This document shows positions 1 to 13,123 of a DNA stretch of 64,000 nucleotides, piece after piece. Below the pieces are notes generated by a model. It was not told the DNA's origin and did no database searches. It was given only the letters and a program-made list of their open reading frames with translations. Both the position numbers and the translations under genes were made by a program. Within the stretch, counting starts at the first letter, position 1. Every line of letters begins with the position of its first letter. Origin of the DNA: Eledone cirrhosa (lineage: Eukaryota); the NCBI GenBank assembly GCA_964016885.1, contig OZ024740.1:393638001-393702000 (forward strand). Reading direction: 5' to 3'.

Positions 1-145
1 TGAATCTCAGATCACAGTTAACCTTCTTCAGAGAGAAATAAATTCAATCATGGTGATTAGTCACTTAAAATATTTTTTACCTTAAGCATGTGTGTGAGTG
101 TGTGTGTGAGTGTGTGCGTGCGTGCGTGCGTGTGTGTGAAATCCT

Positions 146-205
146 GACTTCTGATTCTTGCCATATTATGTTTAAGACTTCTGATTCTTGCCATATTATG
201 TTTAA
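146..205. repeat. Perfect 30-bp tandem duplication
   Basis: gacttctgattcttgccatattatgtttaa occurs twice (146-175, 176-205). Confidence 0.95.
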
Positions 206-560
206 TTGAAAGTGCTGTGTGAGCAGGTACATTATTGTGGTGCAGTACCTAATGTCCTGCAATTTTCTTTCAGACCTGCTTGATCCTTTTGAAGTCATTC
301 CAAGAGATTTTTGTAGAAGGTACAATTCACTGTCTGTGCTAGAGTAAAAAAAATTCTTTGTGAACAATTCCATGGTTGTCGGAAAAAAATGATAACTGTT
401 TTCACCCTGGATCTGCTTATATGTGCTTTCTTCAAACAGGAGAGTATTTTCCTCCCTTTGTCGTTTTGTCTCTGGTTAGTACTCAAACACCCATGATTCA
501 TCTCTGGTTATTATTTTATCCAAGACACTTTGCTCAATTTTGAGTCTTTCTAATAAATCC
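200..560 (-). mobile_element. Degenerate Tc1/mariner transposase fragment (catalytic region)
   Basis: Minus-strand frames with frameshifts give DESWVFEY, PETKRQ, SRSRVKTVIIFF, HGIVHKEF, QTVNCTFY and LHHNNVPAHT, which are typical mariner motifs. Confidence 0.8.
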
Positions 561-572
561 TGACAAATTTTC

Positions 573-1200
573 CTGGCAAAACAAGCCTGGCAATTAAAGG
601 AGAAAGAAGTCCCACATAATATAACTTACAAGGTACTTGAAAGGTCAAGACTTTATACCAACAGTACTAAGAGATGTTATCTCTGCCTCAATGAAAAATT
701 TAGGATATTACAAGGCTTGTCATCTGTAAACAATAATTATTTGAACTCTAAGAATGAAAGTTTTAGAGGATGTCTACATCTCAAGGCCAACTCCTTGCTA
801 AGTGGAAAGACTTACTGAATTCAACTGATTTTCAACCACCGTAATATTGATTTCTATACTTTCTTAATAACTTTTCTTTTTCCAGCTTCAATACTGCTCA
901 ACTCATAGCATAATAAATATAAACACCTCTATATTACATACCATCACATAATACCATACATCTGCTATATTACACACACACACTAACATAACCATTTCAA
1001 TTTAATATCTTTGAGCTATTTCCCTTTGTTATACTGCATTTTCATAAAGAAGTGTTTAACACGCTATATTTTTAATGATATTTTCAAACTTGTCAAAGCG
1101 GCTGATGACTAGGTCACAAATTTGATTGCTCTAACAATTTGGGGAGATGGTCAACATTGTGCCTTGAAACCTCAGGTAGCACTTTTGTTCCATGTATGAA
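573..1200 (+). mobile_element. Penelope-like element 3' remnant (C-terminus of GIY-YIG endonuclease, 3' UTR, hammerhead)
   Basis: 573-818 reads LAKQAWQLKEKEVPHNITYKVLERSRLYTNSTKRCYLCLNEKFRILQG...YLNSKNESFRGCLH*, the W..K/KRCxLCLxEK/LNxxxE..CxH C-terminus of PLE endonucleases. A hammerhead-like motif follows at ~1096-1184. Confidence 0.8.
1096..1184 (+). ncRNA. Type I hammerhead ribozyme-like motif in PLE 3' region
   Basis: CTGATGA at 1102-1108; stem II aggtcacaa/ttgtgcct with a large loop; GAAA at 1166-1169; stem III ACC-tca-GGT; cleavage triplet GTA at 1176-1178; imperfect stem I aagcgg/gcactt. Confidence 0.65.
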
Positions 1201-1390
1201 GATAAATATATATATATATATATAAGTAAATAATGTTTTGAAAAGCTGGTTTGCCATTTTCTTATTTCAAAGATAACTAGCCAACAATGAATAAATACCA
1301 TTACCTCAAAGCTATCATTATTATCCAAAAAGAAAACTACAAAAAAAGATGGAAAAGAAGTGAATTAAAAAATACACAACAAAAAATAAC

Positions 1391-1421
<31 letters not shown>

Positions 1422-1974
1422 GACATGAATGATAAACAATTTAAAACAATGGCAAGAGTGAGTCAATTCCCCTACAGGAGGAAAGGTGCCAATTTATTGT
1501 CCAATTGGATTAAAAGGATGGCAGAAATGATTGAGTTGGTTAAATTGGCAAATAACGTTACCAAGGAAATCATGGCTGCTGAACCGCAAGGTGGAGAAAG
1601 ATGGAGGCACTGGCAATGTACAAAGAAAGTGAAAAACTAATTGGGAATAAGTCATTTATAGAAAGGTGTCTTGCACAAACACCACCATAAGTGCTTAAAG
1701 CAAGTTTTTGAAATTAGTGGCAAACTGTGTGCAGAATATGCAAGATTTCTAATTAAGACAAACTAGAAATAGCTCTGGTTGAGACAGAAGGTTTTATAGG
1801 AGTGAAAATTGAACATAACCAGAGTTCATGCCTTTCTGAAGTTGATGGAAATGAACAATATCTAAAAATAAATGCAGTAATGATGACAAGAGGTGCAAGG
1901 TTAATGCTATCTATTTTAATTGATTTTTGTATATTTATACAACTACATTCTATTCACATTTCCCCACAACTTTA

Positions 1975-2990
1975 GACAGATTCATTAGAGCGTCAAACAA
2001 AATGGCTTGCAGTAGTTATGGCCCTTTATGTTCTGAGTTTCAATCCTGTTGAGGTCTACTTTGCCAGTTATCTTTCTGTGGTAGATAAAATCAACTGTTC
2101 CCTCCCCATCAAATTTCTGGCCTTGTGTTGACCTAATAAATATTAATTTTTATTGTCGAAGGACAATCTTTAGCAAGAAAGAGTTCTCAATCTCATAATC
2201 GTAGAATGGTAAGCAAAATGACTTGAATCCCATTTCGATCTGAGTTCAAATACCACAATGGGTTTACTTTGTCTTTCATCTGGGTTGGTGGGGCGATCAT
2301 CAATAAAATAAATACCAGTTGAATACTAGAGTAGATATTAATCAACAATAGTCTCTTAAAGAATTTGTGGTTTCGTGGTTATATTAAAATTCATTATTAT
2401 TATTATTAAGAGTGGCAGTATCGGTAGAACTTCGGAGAGCATGCTTTGTGGCAGATAGTTATGTCTCTTTACATTCTGAGTTCAAATCCCACCAAGGTTA
2501 GCTTTGCCTTTCATCCTTATAGGATCAATAAAATAAAGCCCCAGTTATGCACTAGGGTCAATTTAATCGACTTTCCCTCCCCTTCAAATTGCTGGCCTTG
2601 TGCCAAATGTAGAAACAATTATTATTATTATTAAAAGGCTGAGGATTACAAGAAAGAAGATGACATAATCATTTGAGTGCCAGGCAGAATGACTTTCTGA
2701 ACTGCCACTTTTCTTTCTGACTTCATATCTTGCCTAAGCTGATTCTTATTTTCATTTTAGATCTACAAGATCTATAAAATGAATTCCAGTTAAGCCCTAC
2801 ATTTAATTTAATCAGCTGTTCTCTCCCCAAAATGTGGTCTTGTGTCAATGTTAGAAATCATTATTATCTGAGTTCAAATCCCGCCGAGGTCAACTTTGCC
2901 TTTCATACTTACGGGGTCGATAAAATAAAGTACCAGTAATGTATTGGGTAATTGCTGGCCTTGTGCCAAAAGTAGAAACAATTATTATTC
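1975..2990 (+). mobile_element. Head-to-tail cluster of ~4-5 copies of tRNA-derived SINE family M (Meta-domain-like body, (TTA)n tail)
   Basis: Repeated ctgagttcaaatcc (B-box), actttgcctttcatcc, gataaaataaagtaccag and gctggccttgtgcc...agaaacaattattatt at ~1975-2140, 2190-2400, 2410-2632, 2700-2866 and 2867-2988. Confidence 0.85.
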
Positions 2991-3337
2991 TAAATCACTT
3001 TTCTGTCAAATGCAGGAAACAATTTCTGGCAAGTTTTAGTCTTATTCTGACCTCCTTAACAAAGCATAGTCTTCACGAAATTTATGAAGTAGTTAGTGAT
3101 GGAAGAATGTGTAAATGAACAAGACCACATATTTCTTAGCATAGAAAAATAGAATTATTTAAAGATTAAATATCCAAGAAACGCCCATCTATCGACATGA
3201 AAAATATTAGTTGAAGTTAGTGTCAACATATTTCATGTAGGGAGCATTGAGAAAGCTAACTAAAATACAATTATAAATTAACTTCTGAGTGCTGTCCAAA
3301 CAAAACAAAAAAAAAGGAAAATGTATAAAGTAATAAT

Positions 3338-3554
3338 GATTTCTAGTATAGGCACAAGGCTAGTAATTTTGGGGCAGGGGAAAGTCGATTAAATCGACCC
3401 CAGTACATTACTGGTGCTTTATTTTATCGACCCCGTAAGGATGAAAAGCAAAGTTAACCTCGGCGGGATTTGAACTCAGACAGTAAAGGACTGTGACTCT
3501 ATGCTGCAAAGCATGTTGTCCGACCCTCTACTGATACTGCCAATCCACCACCCT
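3338..3554 (-). mobile_element. SINE family M, full length, with 22-bp TSD
   Basis: Flanked by ggaaaatgtataaagtaataat at 3316-3337 and 3555-3576; A-box/B-box-like head on the minus strand. Confidence 0.9.
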
Positions 3555-3584
3555 GGAAAATGTATAAAGTAATAATAAAAACAT

Positions 3585-3920
3585 ATGCAGTTACATGTTT
3601 CCAGATTCAGACCCACTGTGTTGTACCTTATGCTAATGTTTTCTACTATAGCTTCATGTTGTGAGTGAAATTTGGTCAGAAACTTTAGAGAAGCCCGTCA
3701 TGTATATGTGTGTGTTATGTGTATATCTGTGACTGCTTACATTCAGAGTTTGTTTATGTCTCATAACTTGGTGGATCAACAAAAAGAGATTGACTAAATA
3801 CCAGATTTAAAAAAAAAAAAAAATGTACTAGGGTCAATACTTTTGCCTAAATTCCTATGAAGGTGGTGCCCCAGCATGACCACAAGCTAATGAATGAAAC
3901 CAGTAAAAGAATAAAAGAAT
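3585..3920 (+). mobile_element. Older tRNA-derived SINE (third family) ending ...ggtggtgccccagcatg...gaaaccagtaaaagaataaaagaat
   Basis: Related fragments occur at ~6970-7130, 20475-20640, 35960-36060 (-) and 53435-53540. Confidence 0.6.
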
Positions 3921-4129
3921 ATATCTTACATGTTGCTCAGGTAATCAGTAAAAAAAACTCTCAGTATGAATCATGGATACTCCCACTTTTCTTCTTTTGA
4001 AGTAATAAATCAGATGAACTCAAGAAAGCGGACAAAATGAACATGTCAATATAACTCTCATTATTTCTTGGAAATAATCATATTGCAAATGAGTCAGCTT
4101 CATAATAATACATGTGCTATGCATATGAT

Positions 4130-4451
4130 ATAATATAGGTGTATATGTGCGTGTGGTTGCATGCATAGAAGTGGTCATGTGCATATATGTGTGCATGTAT
4201 GTTTGTATTAAGCATACATATAAATAAATATATATATATATATATATAGCAACTATGTAATGTGTGATTGTACAAATGTGAGTGTATATGTGTGTGTGTG
4301 TGTATCTATATACGTGCATGTGTGTATTTGTATTGTGTGTATATATAATTGTGTAATTGTGCATATGTGCACAAATGTATTCACATATATGTGCGTGTAT
4401 CTATTTATATTGTGTGTGTGTGTGTGTATGTGTATATATAAATATGTATAC

Positions 4452-4530
<79 letters not shown>

Positions 4531-4935
4531 TGATTATGAAATTTTGTTAGATTGTGTAAATGTGTGCAAATATGTACATATGTTTATGTGTGTCCATACA
4601 CATGTATGTTTGAATAGACACATATATATATGGAATCACAAACGCATACACCAATATATATGTATGTGTGTGTATATATATGCATAGATATATCCATATC
4701 TCGTATATATATATATATATATCCATGAGGTCCAAGAGGTAAAAGCATAATGATAAATGAGTAATGATGACAGTGTTGCTGGTTAGATATGCAATCACTA
4801 CATTATATATATATATTCACATATATGCATATATATATATGTACACATATACATATATATACACATACACACACACATATACATGTATATACATATACAT
4901 GCACATATGTACACACATACATACACACACATGTG

Positions 4936-4968
<33 letters not shown>

Positions 4969-5231
4969 ATATATGATATATATATATATAAGTATGTATA
5001 TATATGTCTATATATATATATGTGTATGTGTATATGATATATATATATATATAAGTATGTATATATATGTCTATATATATGTGTATATGTTTATATATAT
5101 ATATATGTGTGTATATATGTGTATATATATATATATACATACACATACACACACACATATATATATATATATGTATATGTGCGTGTATATATATATGTAT
5201 ATATATGTGTATGTGTATATATATATAAATA

Positions 5232-5265
<34 letters not shown>

Positions 5266-5430
5266 CACACACATACACACATATATATATATATACACAC
5301 ACATACACACACACATATATATATATATATATACACACACATATATATATACACATACACATATATATATACACATACATATATACATACATATATATAT
5401 ATATACACATGCATACACACATGTATAATG
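4130..5430. repeat. Long compound (TA)n/(TG)n/(CA)n microsatellite field
   Basis: Seen directly; explains the Y/I/C/V/H/T-rich ORFs here. Confidence 0.97.
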
Positions 5431-6244
5431 TATATTACATTATATTAATTTATTTATTTATTTATGCTATTTGTAACAAGATTTATGTGCAGCAATTCAA
5501 ATACAGCAGTAAGAATATCTAGCATCTCAAATTATTCAGGGATCTTGCTTATTTATGATAATAACTGAGGAATTAACAGCATGGCATTGTATCATTCCTC
5601 CCTGCCACACAATTGGAAACACGTGTGCATGCATGTATGTGTGCATGTATGTGCGCATGTGTGTGTGTGTGTGCTTGAGAGGGCAAATGTGTTTGTCAAT
5701 TCAGAGAATAACTGCATACTAAAACCTTATGCCGATTTATGCAAGTAGTGGCTCTGAGAATGAGAAAGAGAGAAGAACCAGTGATCATGCATATGTGTAA
5801 AAAATTTAAATTTATTGGAGTTGTTTCAAATTGTTTTTGCAGTGAAATTTCTTAAAGTTAAATAGTGAAAATTAATGAGAACTTGAAATTGATTCCATTT
5901 TTCTCAGTTCAAATTTGAATTTTCTCATTAATTTTGATACAATTTAAATTTGAGTTATAGTTTCAACAGCAATTTTCAATTTTAGAATGTTTTGGGGAGC
6001 TCCATATGGAAATAAATTAGCTACAACCCATTCTTTATGACTCTTGGCCCTGTATAAACCACTATGCTCAATCTTTCCTTCTCAGAACTTCAACCCTCTG
6101 GAATTCCTTCCTTGCCAACACTTTTTTTTTCCTACTGTTGCTGGTTGACTTACAAATGCTGTAACTAAAATCAATCATATGAATGTCAACTGTCTTATAG
6201 AGCCTATGAAGGCCATGAGCACAGCTCTTTGCTACAGACTAAAC

Positions 6245-6559
6245 CAGGGGTCCCCAACCTTTTGGGTCCGCGGGCCAGATAGCCATGCAGCAGGCCAGAT
6301 GCGCAATTAATACTACTTATATACAAATAAGTAATCATTTATTTATCCCTTATGTTAGATTTGAAACAAAATTCAATATTGATACTGAGAGCTGTCCCAA
6401 GCAGAAAAATACATTTAAACATTGTTTTATTCGGCAATATCGATAGATCGGGTGCAAATTTATTGCAAACTGTACCCTTTTTAGAACCCTCATGGGCAGG
6501 ATAAAGGCCTTCGCGGGTCAGATTGAAACCCTTCACAGGCCAGGGGTTGGGGACCCCTG
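6245..6559. mobile_element. hAT (Charlie-like) MITE, 315 bp
   Basis: Perfect 15-bp TIRs CAGGGGTCCCCAACC / GGTTGGGGACCCCTG; perfect 8-bp TSD gactaaac (6237-6244, 6560-6567). Confidence 0.95.
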
Positions 6560-7737
6560 GACTAAACCATGAAAAAGTCAGGACATGTGTCAAATCACAG
6601 CAAGTATTTTTTATTGCTTCTTAGCAGAACATTATTATTGACTGTGGCTTTTGTGGGCTTTCTCCATGAGTAAACCTTGGTGGTCTCCCCCTATTGGAGA
6701 TTTTTCCTTTGTTTCCATTTTTTGTTACATCTTTTGTTTTTGTTTTCTTTTTTTTGCCCGCAGAAACCCACATTTGTACTGTCCTTAATGTATTTTTTGT
6801 AAACCCTTTGTGGTTAATAAAGAAATCATTATTATTATTATTATTATTATTAGTAGTAGTAGTAGTAGTAGTAGTAGTATCATTATAGTCATCATCATTG
6901 TATTGTCTCAATTTACTTAACAGTCCAGAATAAGTAATACTTTTTCTGGAGAAAAAGAAACATTTATAAGTGCAGGCTGGTCTATGTTGTTAGGAAGTTC
7001 ACGTTGCAACCATATAGTTTTAGGTGAGATCCATGACTTATACCACAGAATTAAGTTCCTGAATTTGAAACACATTTAGTTATTTGTTTGTGAGTGAAAT
7101 TTCATAGACTGAAACTGTCATAATATACATATTCTCGAGGAGTTGGAAAGGTCATTTACATAGTACATAGGTTAATTACTTCTTATGTTCCATATCTCCA
7201 TGTAAGGGATGTTCTTTTTAATGCTATAACTCCTGGGCTAATTATCCATCATTGTTATTGTCCTGCTTGACTATTAGCCCTGAGGCCATGCCATTTACAA
7301 AAAAAACAAACAAAAAATAACTAGCTATGAAAGATAAGTAACAGTTAATCTAAGTACTATATATATAGACCAGTGTGTGGTGAGTGTGTAAGTATATTTA
7401 TGTATTTTCTCCAAAATATAAATATACTATTTATTTTTGCTACATAATATTCTCAATGCATCACTGAAGTATTTGCCATTATCACTGAAATATCACTATA
7501 TTCTCTTTTATACATCCATTTTTTATGCTGGCATAAGAGCTTATATGAATGTATTTGTTTGTATCAACCCAAGATGGCTGAAGAGAATATCTTGTGGTAT
7601 TTAGTTTGAGTTACGTCTATTTATATCTAATTATCATCATCACCCTCACCGTTTTACGTCCATTTTCCAGATAAAATAGGCAGCAAAAAAAGTAGTATGG
7701 TTGACAAAATCAACTAAAATAACAATGGCATAGCAAA

Positions 7738-7927
7738 ATGGTGAATTGGCAGTATCAGTAGAGGGTTGGACGCCATGCTTTCTAGCATAGTTACGTCCCT
7801 TTACGGTTTGAGTTCAAATCCCGTCGAGGTTAACTTTGCCTTTCATCCTTACGGGGTCGATAAAATAAAGTACCAGTAGTGTACTGGGTAATTGCTGGTC
7901 TTGTGCCAAAAGTAGAAACAATTATTA
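7738..7927 (+). mobile_element. SINE family M, internally deleted subfamily
   Basis: tggcagtatcagtagagggttggac...gagttcaaatcccg...gtactgggtaattgctggtcttgtgcc...acaattatta. Confidence 0.9.
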
Positions 7928-9949
7928 ATCATAAGGATAAATTTAAGTTGAACAAATGTTAGTTGATAAAATACTTGATTCACAGTTGCATATTCTAATC
8001 AGTGTCAACTATCAAGGGATTCATTGATATATTGTAAGTTCTGGAAGCAAGAAATACCATTAAAAAAATACTTAACTAATCAACTACCTTGATATTTTTA
8101 TTTTACGTGAGGTGAGAGAGTTTTATCAGTCACAGAGTACAGTAACTATATTCATATGAAGTTACTTGCTGGCTTCTGTAAGTTCCCTTCAGTTTAACTC
8201 TTTTGATAACAATCTATCGAAGACTGTTCCTTATTCTATAATACTAAATCTCTAAGTTTTAAGTGCTCATATTAAAATTGAATGATTGAAAGTTTGTAGG
8301 TTTGATCCCCACAGTGGGTGGCTTTGAGCAAGACACTTCATTTCATATTATTCAGTTGAAAATGAGCACCTGCAGCAGCTGGGATTAATTTTGCAATGGA
8401 CTGGTATCCAACTAAGGGATAGTTGCTTAATGCCACAGGAAACTGAAATAAGCTCTAGCCTTTATCCAGCACAAGCTAGCATGGTAAAATGGACATAAAA
8501 CCTGTGAAAAAATTAATCATCATAATTTCATATAAGAAATCTTTATGTTCCAAACACCAACTTAATAATGACAAAGCTATTTTCCTAAATTCCTCAAAAT
8601 TCTTTGTTTAAAAGATTCATTGAAACATAGTTTGTGTATTTCATTAAAAATATGGTCACAAAAAGCCAGCAAGAAACAGGTAACAGGTGTGAGAGCTTGA
8701 ATAACCATTTATATATATGTGTGGGGGTGTATGAGAGAGAAAGGAACAGGCAGACAAAGACAAATAATGGTGCATTTGCTAGAAAAGCAATGCAATTCGA
8801 GAAGAAGGATGTGTTAGGTGAGTTTACTTAGTGTATCGTGTTATTAAAGGTACTACAGGAAAAGGAAGTCATAGACACATATTACTACAAAATTATTGGG
8901 AGTGATAGTGGTGGTAGAACAACATGCATGGGGATGTATCTCTTAGTATGTGATAAAATTCATGAATGGTGTTTTTTTTTTCTGATGTGACAGCTGCAGA
9001 GGAGTGCTTGTCAAAAAGACAAACAACTGTACTTTTGTTAACCTCACAAGAGATGTGGACGGGGAGAATTAGTATGCAAGACTTTTATAGTGTTATAGTG
9101 TCCTACAACATGTAATCTGGTGAACAAGGTAAGAGCTTGTTTGGTAATGAATGGCTCCTGACAGCTGTTCAGCCAATGTATAAAAGAGTGCAAAAATAAT
9201 CCAAAACTTTAACTCTTTTTTAGTTTACTTCTATTAGTATTAATACTATTATAGGGTTTTATCGAAGCTCAGCTAGGAAGCTCAATAAATTTGCTTAAAA
9301 TGTTTATTATTCTCAACTTACATCAATGAGAATGTTTTGTTTTATATCAATTGCAATATATCTAAGAATATAAGTGTAGTTTTATTTGAGTGTATTTTCT
9401 CCCTGTAAAAACTATCAGTCTAACCCATGCTAGCATGGAAAGTGAACATTAAACAATGATGATATTTAGTTCTCATTGACTGGAAGTGGGACAGGGCACA
9501 TTTTGTTTCCTTTCATTTATGAAAATTATTATGGCAGTGGTAACAGGTGGTGATACCTTAACCTGTTGTAGTTTTGTCATGCTGAGAAGTTTGTAGAAAA
9601 TAGTCAAAATATTGAAAATAAATGCCTAAATAACAACAAGAATAGAAATATTAATAGAAACAACATCAATACTTTTTTAAAACTCTTTTTTGTTAGAGAG
9701 GGAAGAACAGTGCTTATTACTCAGACTGTTGGGAGGCAAGGAAGAAATATTCTACAGCTGGAAACTGAATACTTGCAACAGAATGCTTGCTAAAGACACC
9801 TAAGGATCAAGTGTTGGTGTTAAATAGGCAGTGGATTAAGTCTCTCACACAAAATATAAATCTTACAACAAAGGTTAAATCTACCATCTAAGATAAAGTC
9901 TACTACCTAATGAATAAACAATAATAAAGACAATAAGCCAATGAGAGAA

Positions 9950-10365
9950 CCACTATGTAATAACTAAACCAGTAATAAATAACAGTCCAATTTCTCTCGA
10001 ATCACACACTATTGTTCTTTTTTTTTAAGTACATATTGGATGTGTCTGAAATGAATGATTTGAAAAGACTGAATGGTTATAACTAATAACTGAAATGCTT
10101 TTGAGCCTAACTTTATTCAAATAGAGATGACATAGAGCTAAATGATAGCAGCAACATAAGGGAGCTTCTATGTGGTCAGTCAACCTGCTAGAAATATCAT
10201 CAAACTATACCCTATTCTATTCAAAATGAAAGGACACTTGGATACTGTAGTCCTAGACATTATATCTGATGAGAAATATAATAGTATTTTTGCAACTGGA
10301 ATGTCTTTGATCATAGGTCTGTTCGATTAGGAGTGACATGGGTTAGTCAACAATACTAACATTTA
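9950..10365 (-). repeat. Two tandem copies of an abundant old interspersed repeat (family R)
   Basis: Shared motifs gctagaaatagcagccaaatctccctcaaatcacacc and ggaatacctttgatcataggtctgctcgatc...ggggctaaacaacaa. Related copies at ~16640, 20850, 21670, 23560-23870, 34680, 38850, 39330-39940, 41840, 51700, 54320 and 62815. Confidence 0.7.
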
Positions 10366-12596
10366 TAATACGCTATCAGACATCAGTGTACAAAAATTAT
10401 TTGCTGTGTTCTGATGGTAGAGGTGTGATATAGCAAGAAGTCACAATGCAATCTTGGAAGGACCAAAATATATGTATAATGTCCATTCTAGATCAGATAT
10501 GAAGCATTTTTCAGTGACAGGTTAGTGAACTGAGTAGTGCTTTGTATCACATGTTCATTTCATTAAGAGTGTCTCTTTTCATGGCTTTCATACATTTTGG
10601 TTCTTGAGTATTTATTATAGGTCAATTATATGTAAGGGTATTCCACTCAGCCAAGAAATACAGCTAGGTGGTGTTTTCATAAATGGACATTGCAATCATA
10701 GTGTTGGACGTGCCATAAAAAGACCCAGGGCAAAAAGGAGTGATAATTTATTGCAATAAGTCAGTAGGCTTGCTACTTGGCACTTGGTGAAAACATTATG
10801 TTGGCAAGCTCTTAGGTGTTTTGTGGAAAAAACAAGTTCCTTTGGTCACAAAGTTTCTCTACTGCCAACATTTAATCCAGGAAGTTGCAAAAGATCTCCC
10901 AGTTTTTCTTCAGCAATAGAAGTAGTATAGTGGAGAAAGATGAAAGGGCCGAGGTCAGAATGTTCCTTGTTCATGAAACCTACATCTTCTTTAAGTATCA
11001 CTTGAAGTGCAAGTAAAAAAAGCTTGGTTTTCAAAGTTTTATAAAGATGGATGTGGGTAATGGGATTGATCTGGATGATTGGTATGCATTGATCCAGGAA
11101 CATATTCATTTCCTTTAAGCTCACTTTGGTTTTGATCCTTCCCAGGTGTGAGTTGATGAAATAAGAACCTGGCATGTACCGGAGGTGAGTGTGTGTATAT
11201 GTGGGGACTATTGATTCGATCAACTACCTTGTACCAAAGAAAAAAAATACTATTATGTTTTTAATGGATTAGAAAACCAAATTGTAATTTTTCTTTTCTG
11301 CTTGTCAATTTGTAATTGCCATTGTTAGGTGACGGAGCAAACCCAAGTAATATATTTAATGTACTGCTTTAAATACTATTAAATATTGTCCTACTGTTAT
11401 TGCTATTAGGAGTGTTTATTATTATTATTTTGTAGTAGTAGTAATGATAGTCAAAATGTGGTTGATTTAGAAATTTGACAATGAACCATGGCAAATGTAC
11501 AGTTCCATTCCTATAAGCATTTCTATCCACTTTTTCCTGTTTCCAAGTGTAATTTACCAAGCTTATTCAATTATCCCCACAAAAAATTGAAACATTTTAA
11601 AATAATGATATTTTCTTCATTCTTTCTTTATTCAATTATAGAGAAATAATAAAGGAAATATTATCATTATTACCAATAGAATGCAGTCCTACAACACTGG
11701 GAATATTATGTATATGGGGAAAAAAACAATCAGACAAAACTAAACTACAGATTCAGAAATTGTCTTCTTCATCCTACTCACTAATCCAATGCATGGCACA
11801 TTATATTTTGAGTACTTTTGTGGATCATAGCTAGTCATTCAACTGAATAACTGTGTTATAGGCAACTAGGCATGTCCCACTGGGGATATCCAGTGTTACA
11901 CAACAATCTTTATCTTTTTCACTGGAATTTACTCTCATTCTTGCATACAAACAGTTAATCAACTAGAAATTTTAAGGTAATGGCGTATTCAAATATTATA
12001 GAAACATAGTCAATATAAAATATTGATTTTAAAAATCTAAAATGGCAAGTATTGGAAAAAAAGCCCATCTAAACTAACTGAATGAAAATAATAAAGAGTA
12101 ATGGTAAATCAACCCCAGTACATAACTAGTACTTCATTTTATAGACCTCAGAAAAATGGAGTGCAAAGTTGACCATGACCTCAGAAGACAAAGAGCCAGC
12201 ACAAATATCACAATATATTTTTGTCCAACATAAATAATTTCAATGTTTTTCTCAAGGGTATATGTATTCATACAAAAGAGGTTACAGAAGGGGAATTAGA
12301 TGGATATCATCATCATCATTGTTTTTCATCTTTCTATGCTGGGATGAGATGGAGCCCCTATTTGAGGAATCATTTTTTGGCAAGATGCTCTTTTTTATGC
12401 AGACTCTTTTACTTGCCTCTTACCACACACAGGAATATGGTATACTTATTCTAAAAGCTGGGATAAACAGGGGAATGAAGTGAAAACATTATATCATACA
12501 TTAAGACATAAAAATTGGTGAATTACATAAATAAATACAACTAGAATACATTCAACAACATCCATCACAAAACAGTAATAATTATAAATGTCCTAC

Positions 12597-12689
12597 CTTG
12601 ATTTTCTTTCCAAAACAATGCTAAGAAAAGCAGCTGAAGCAGCTGGTAAAAAACCAATGGTCAAAAAATAAGCTTTTCCAAAAATATAT
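12597..12689 (-). CDS. TMEM135: TMEM135 orthologue, next coding exon (equivalent to vertebrate exon 3), 93 nt
   Basis: Long polypyrimidine tract ...ttttctttcag|ATATATTTTTGG...AAATCAAG|gtagga. Joined to the previous exon (CG+A=Arg) it reads RYIFGKAYFLTIGFLPAASAAFLSIVLERKS(R), matching TMEM135 [31 protein letters not shown]. Phases are compatible. Confidence 0.92.
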
Positions 12690-13123
12690 CTGAAAGAAAA
12701 AGAAAAAAAGAAAAAGCTGAACTTTCATTCAAGTACTTCCCTGTAGGAATGACAAAAACCAATAGAAAATATAAATGTAAAATGTGTGAAGTTTACTTTC
12801 TGTTTTCTCTTGACTAATTTTTCACAAGTAAAAACGTTTCTAAAGGCTAGATTTTTTAAAAATGGTAATAAAAGAAAAGGAAGAAACAAGAAACATTTAT
12901 CAAATAACATATGATACTTAAGTCCCTTTAAACATAGGTATTTGGTCTGCTAATTCTTATAACACTGTTTGGGGAGCTATTTCTAATTTTTTTTTTTTTT
13001 CAGAATGAATCACATCATTTTCGAACTGAACTTACCATGATGGGTATTTATTGGGTAGATGTTGGTGTGCAGTTTCTGTTGATCTCCATCAAAATAACAA
13101 TAGCAATAATAATAATAATAATT

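Noticed and set aside
1287-1640. 117-aa plus-strand ORF with poly-Pro
   Set aside because: Poly-Pro/Lys come from C and A homopolymers; no recognisable domain or splice context. Possibly decayed TE.
4020-5522. Many 70-200 aa ORFs rich in Y/I/C/V/H/T (also 17614-18290, 43675-44175, 55004-55293)
   Set aside because: Translations of (TA/TG/CA)n microsatellites, which lack stop codons by composition.
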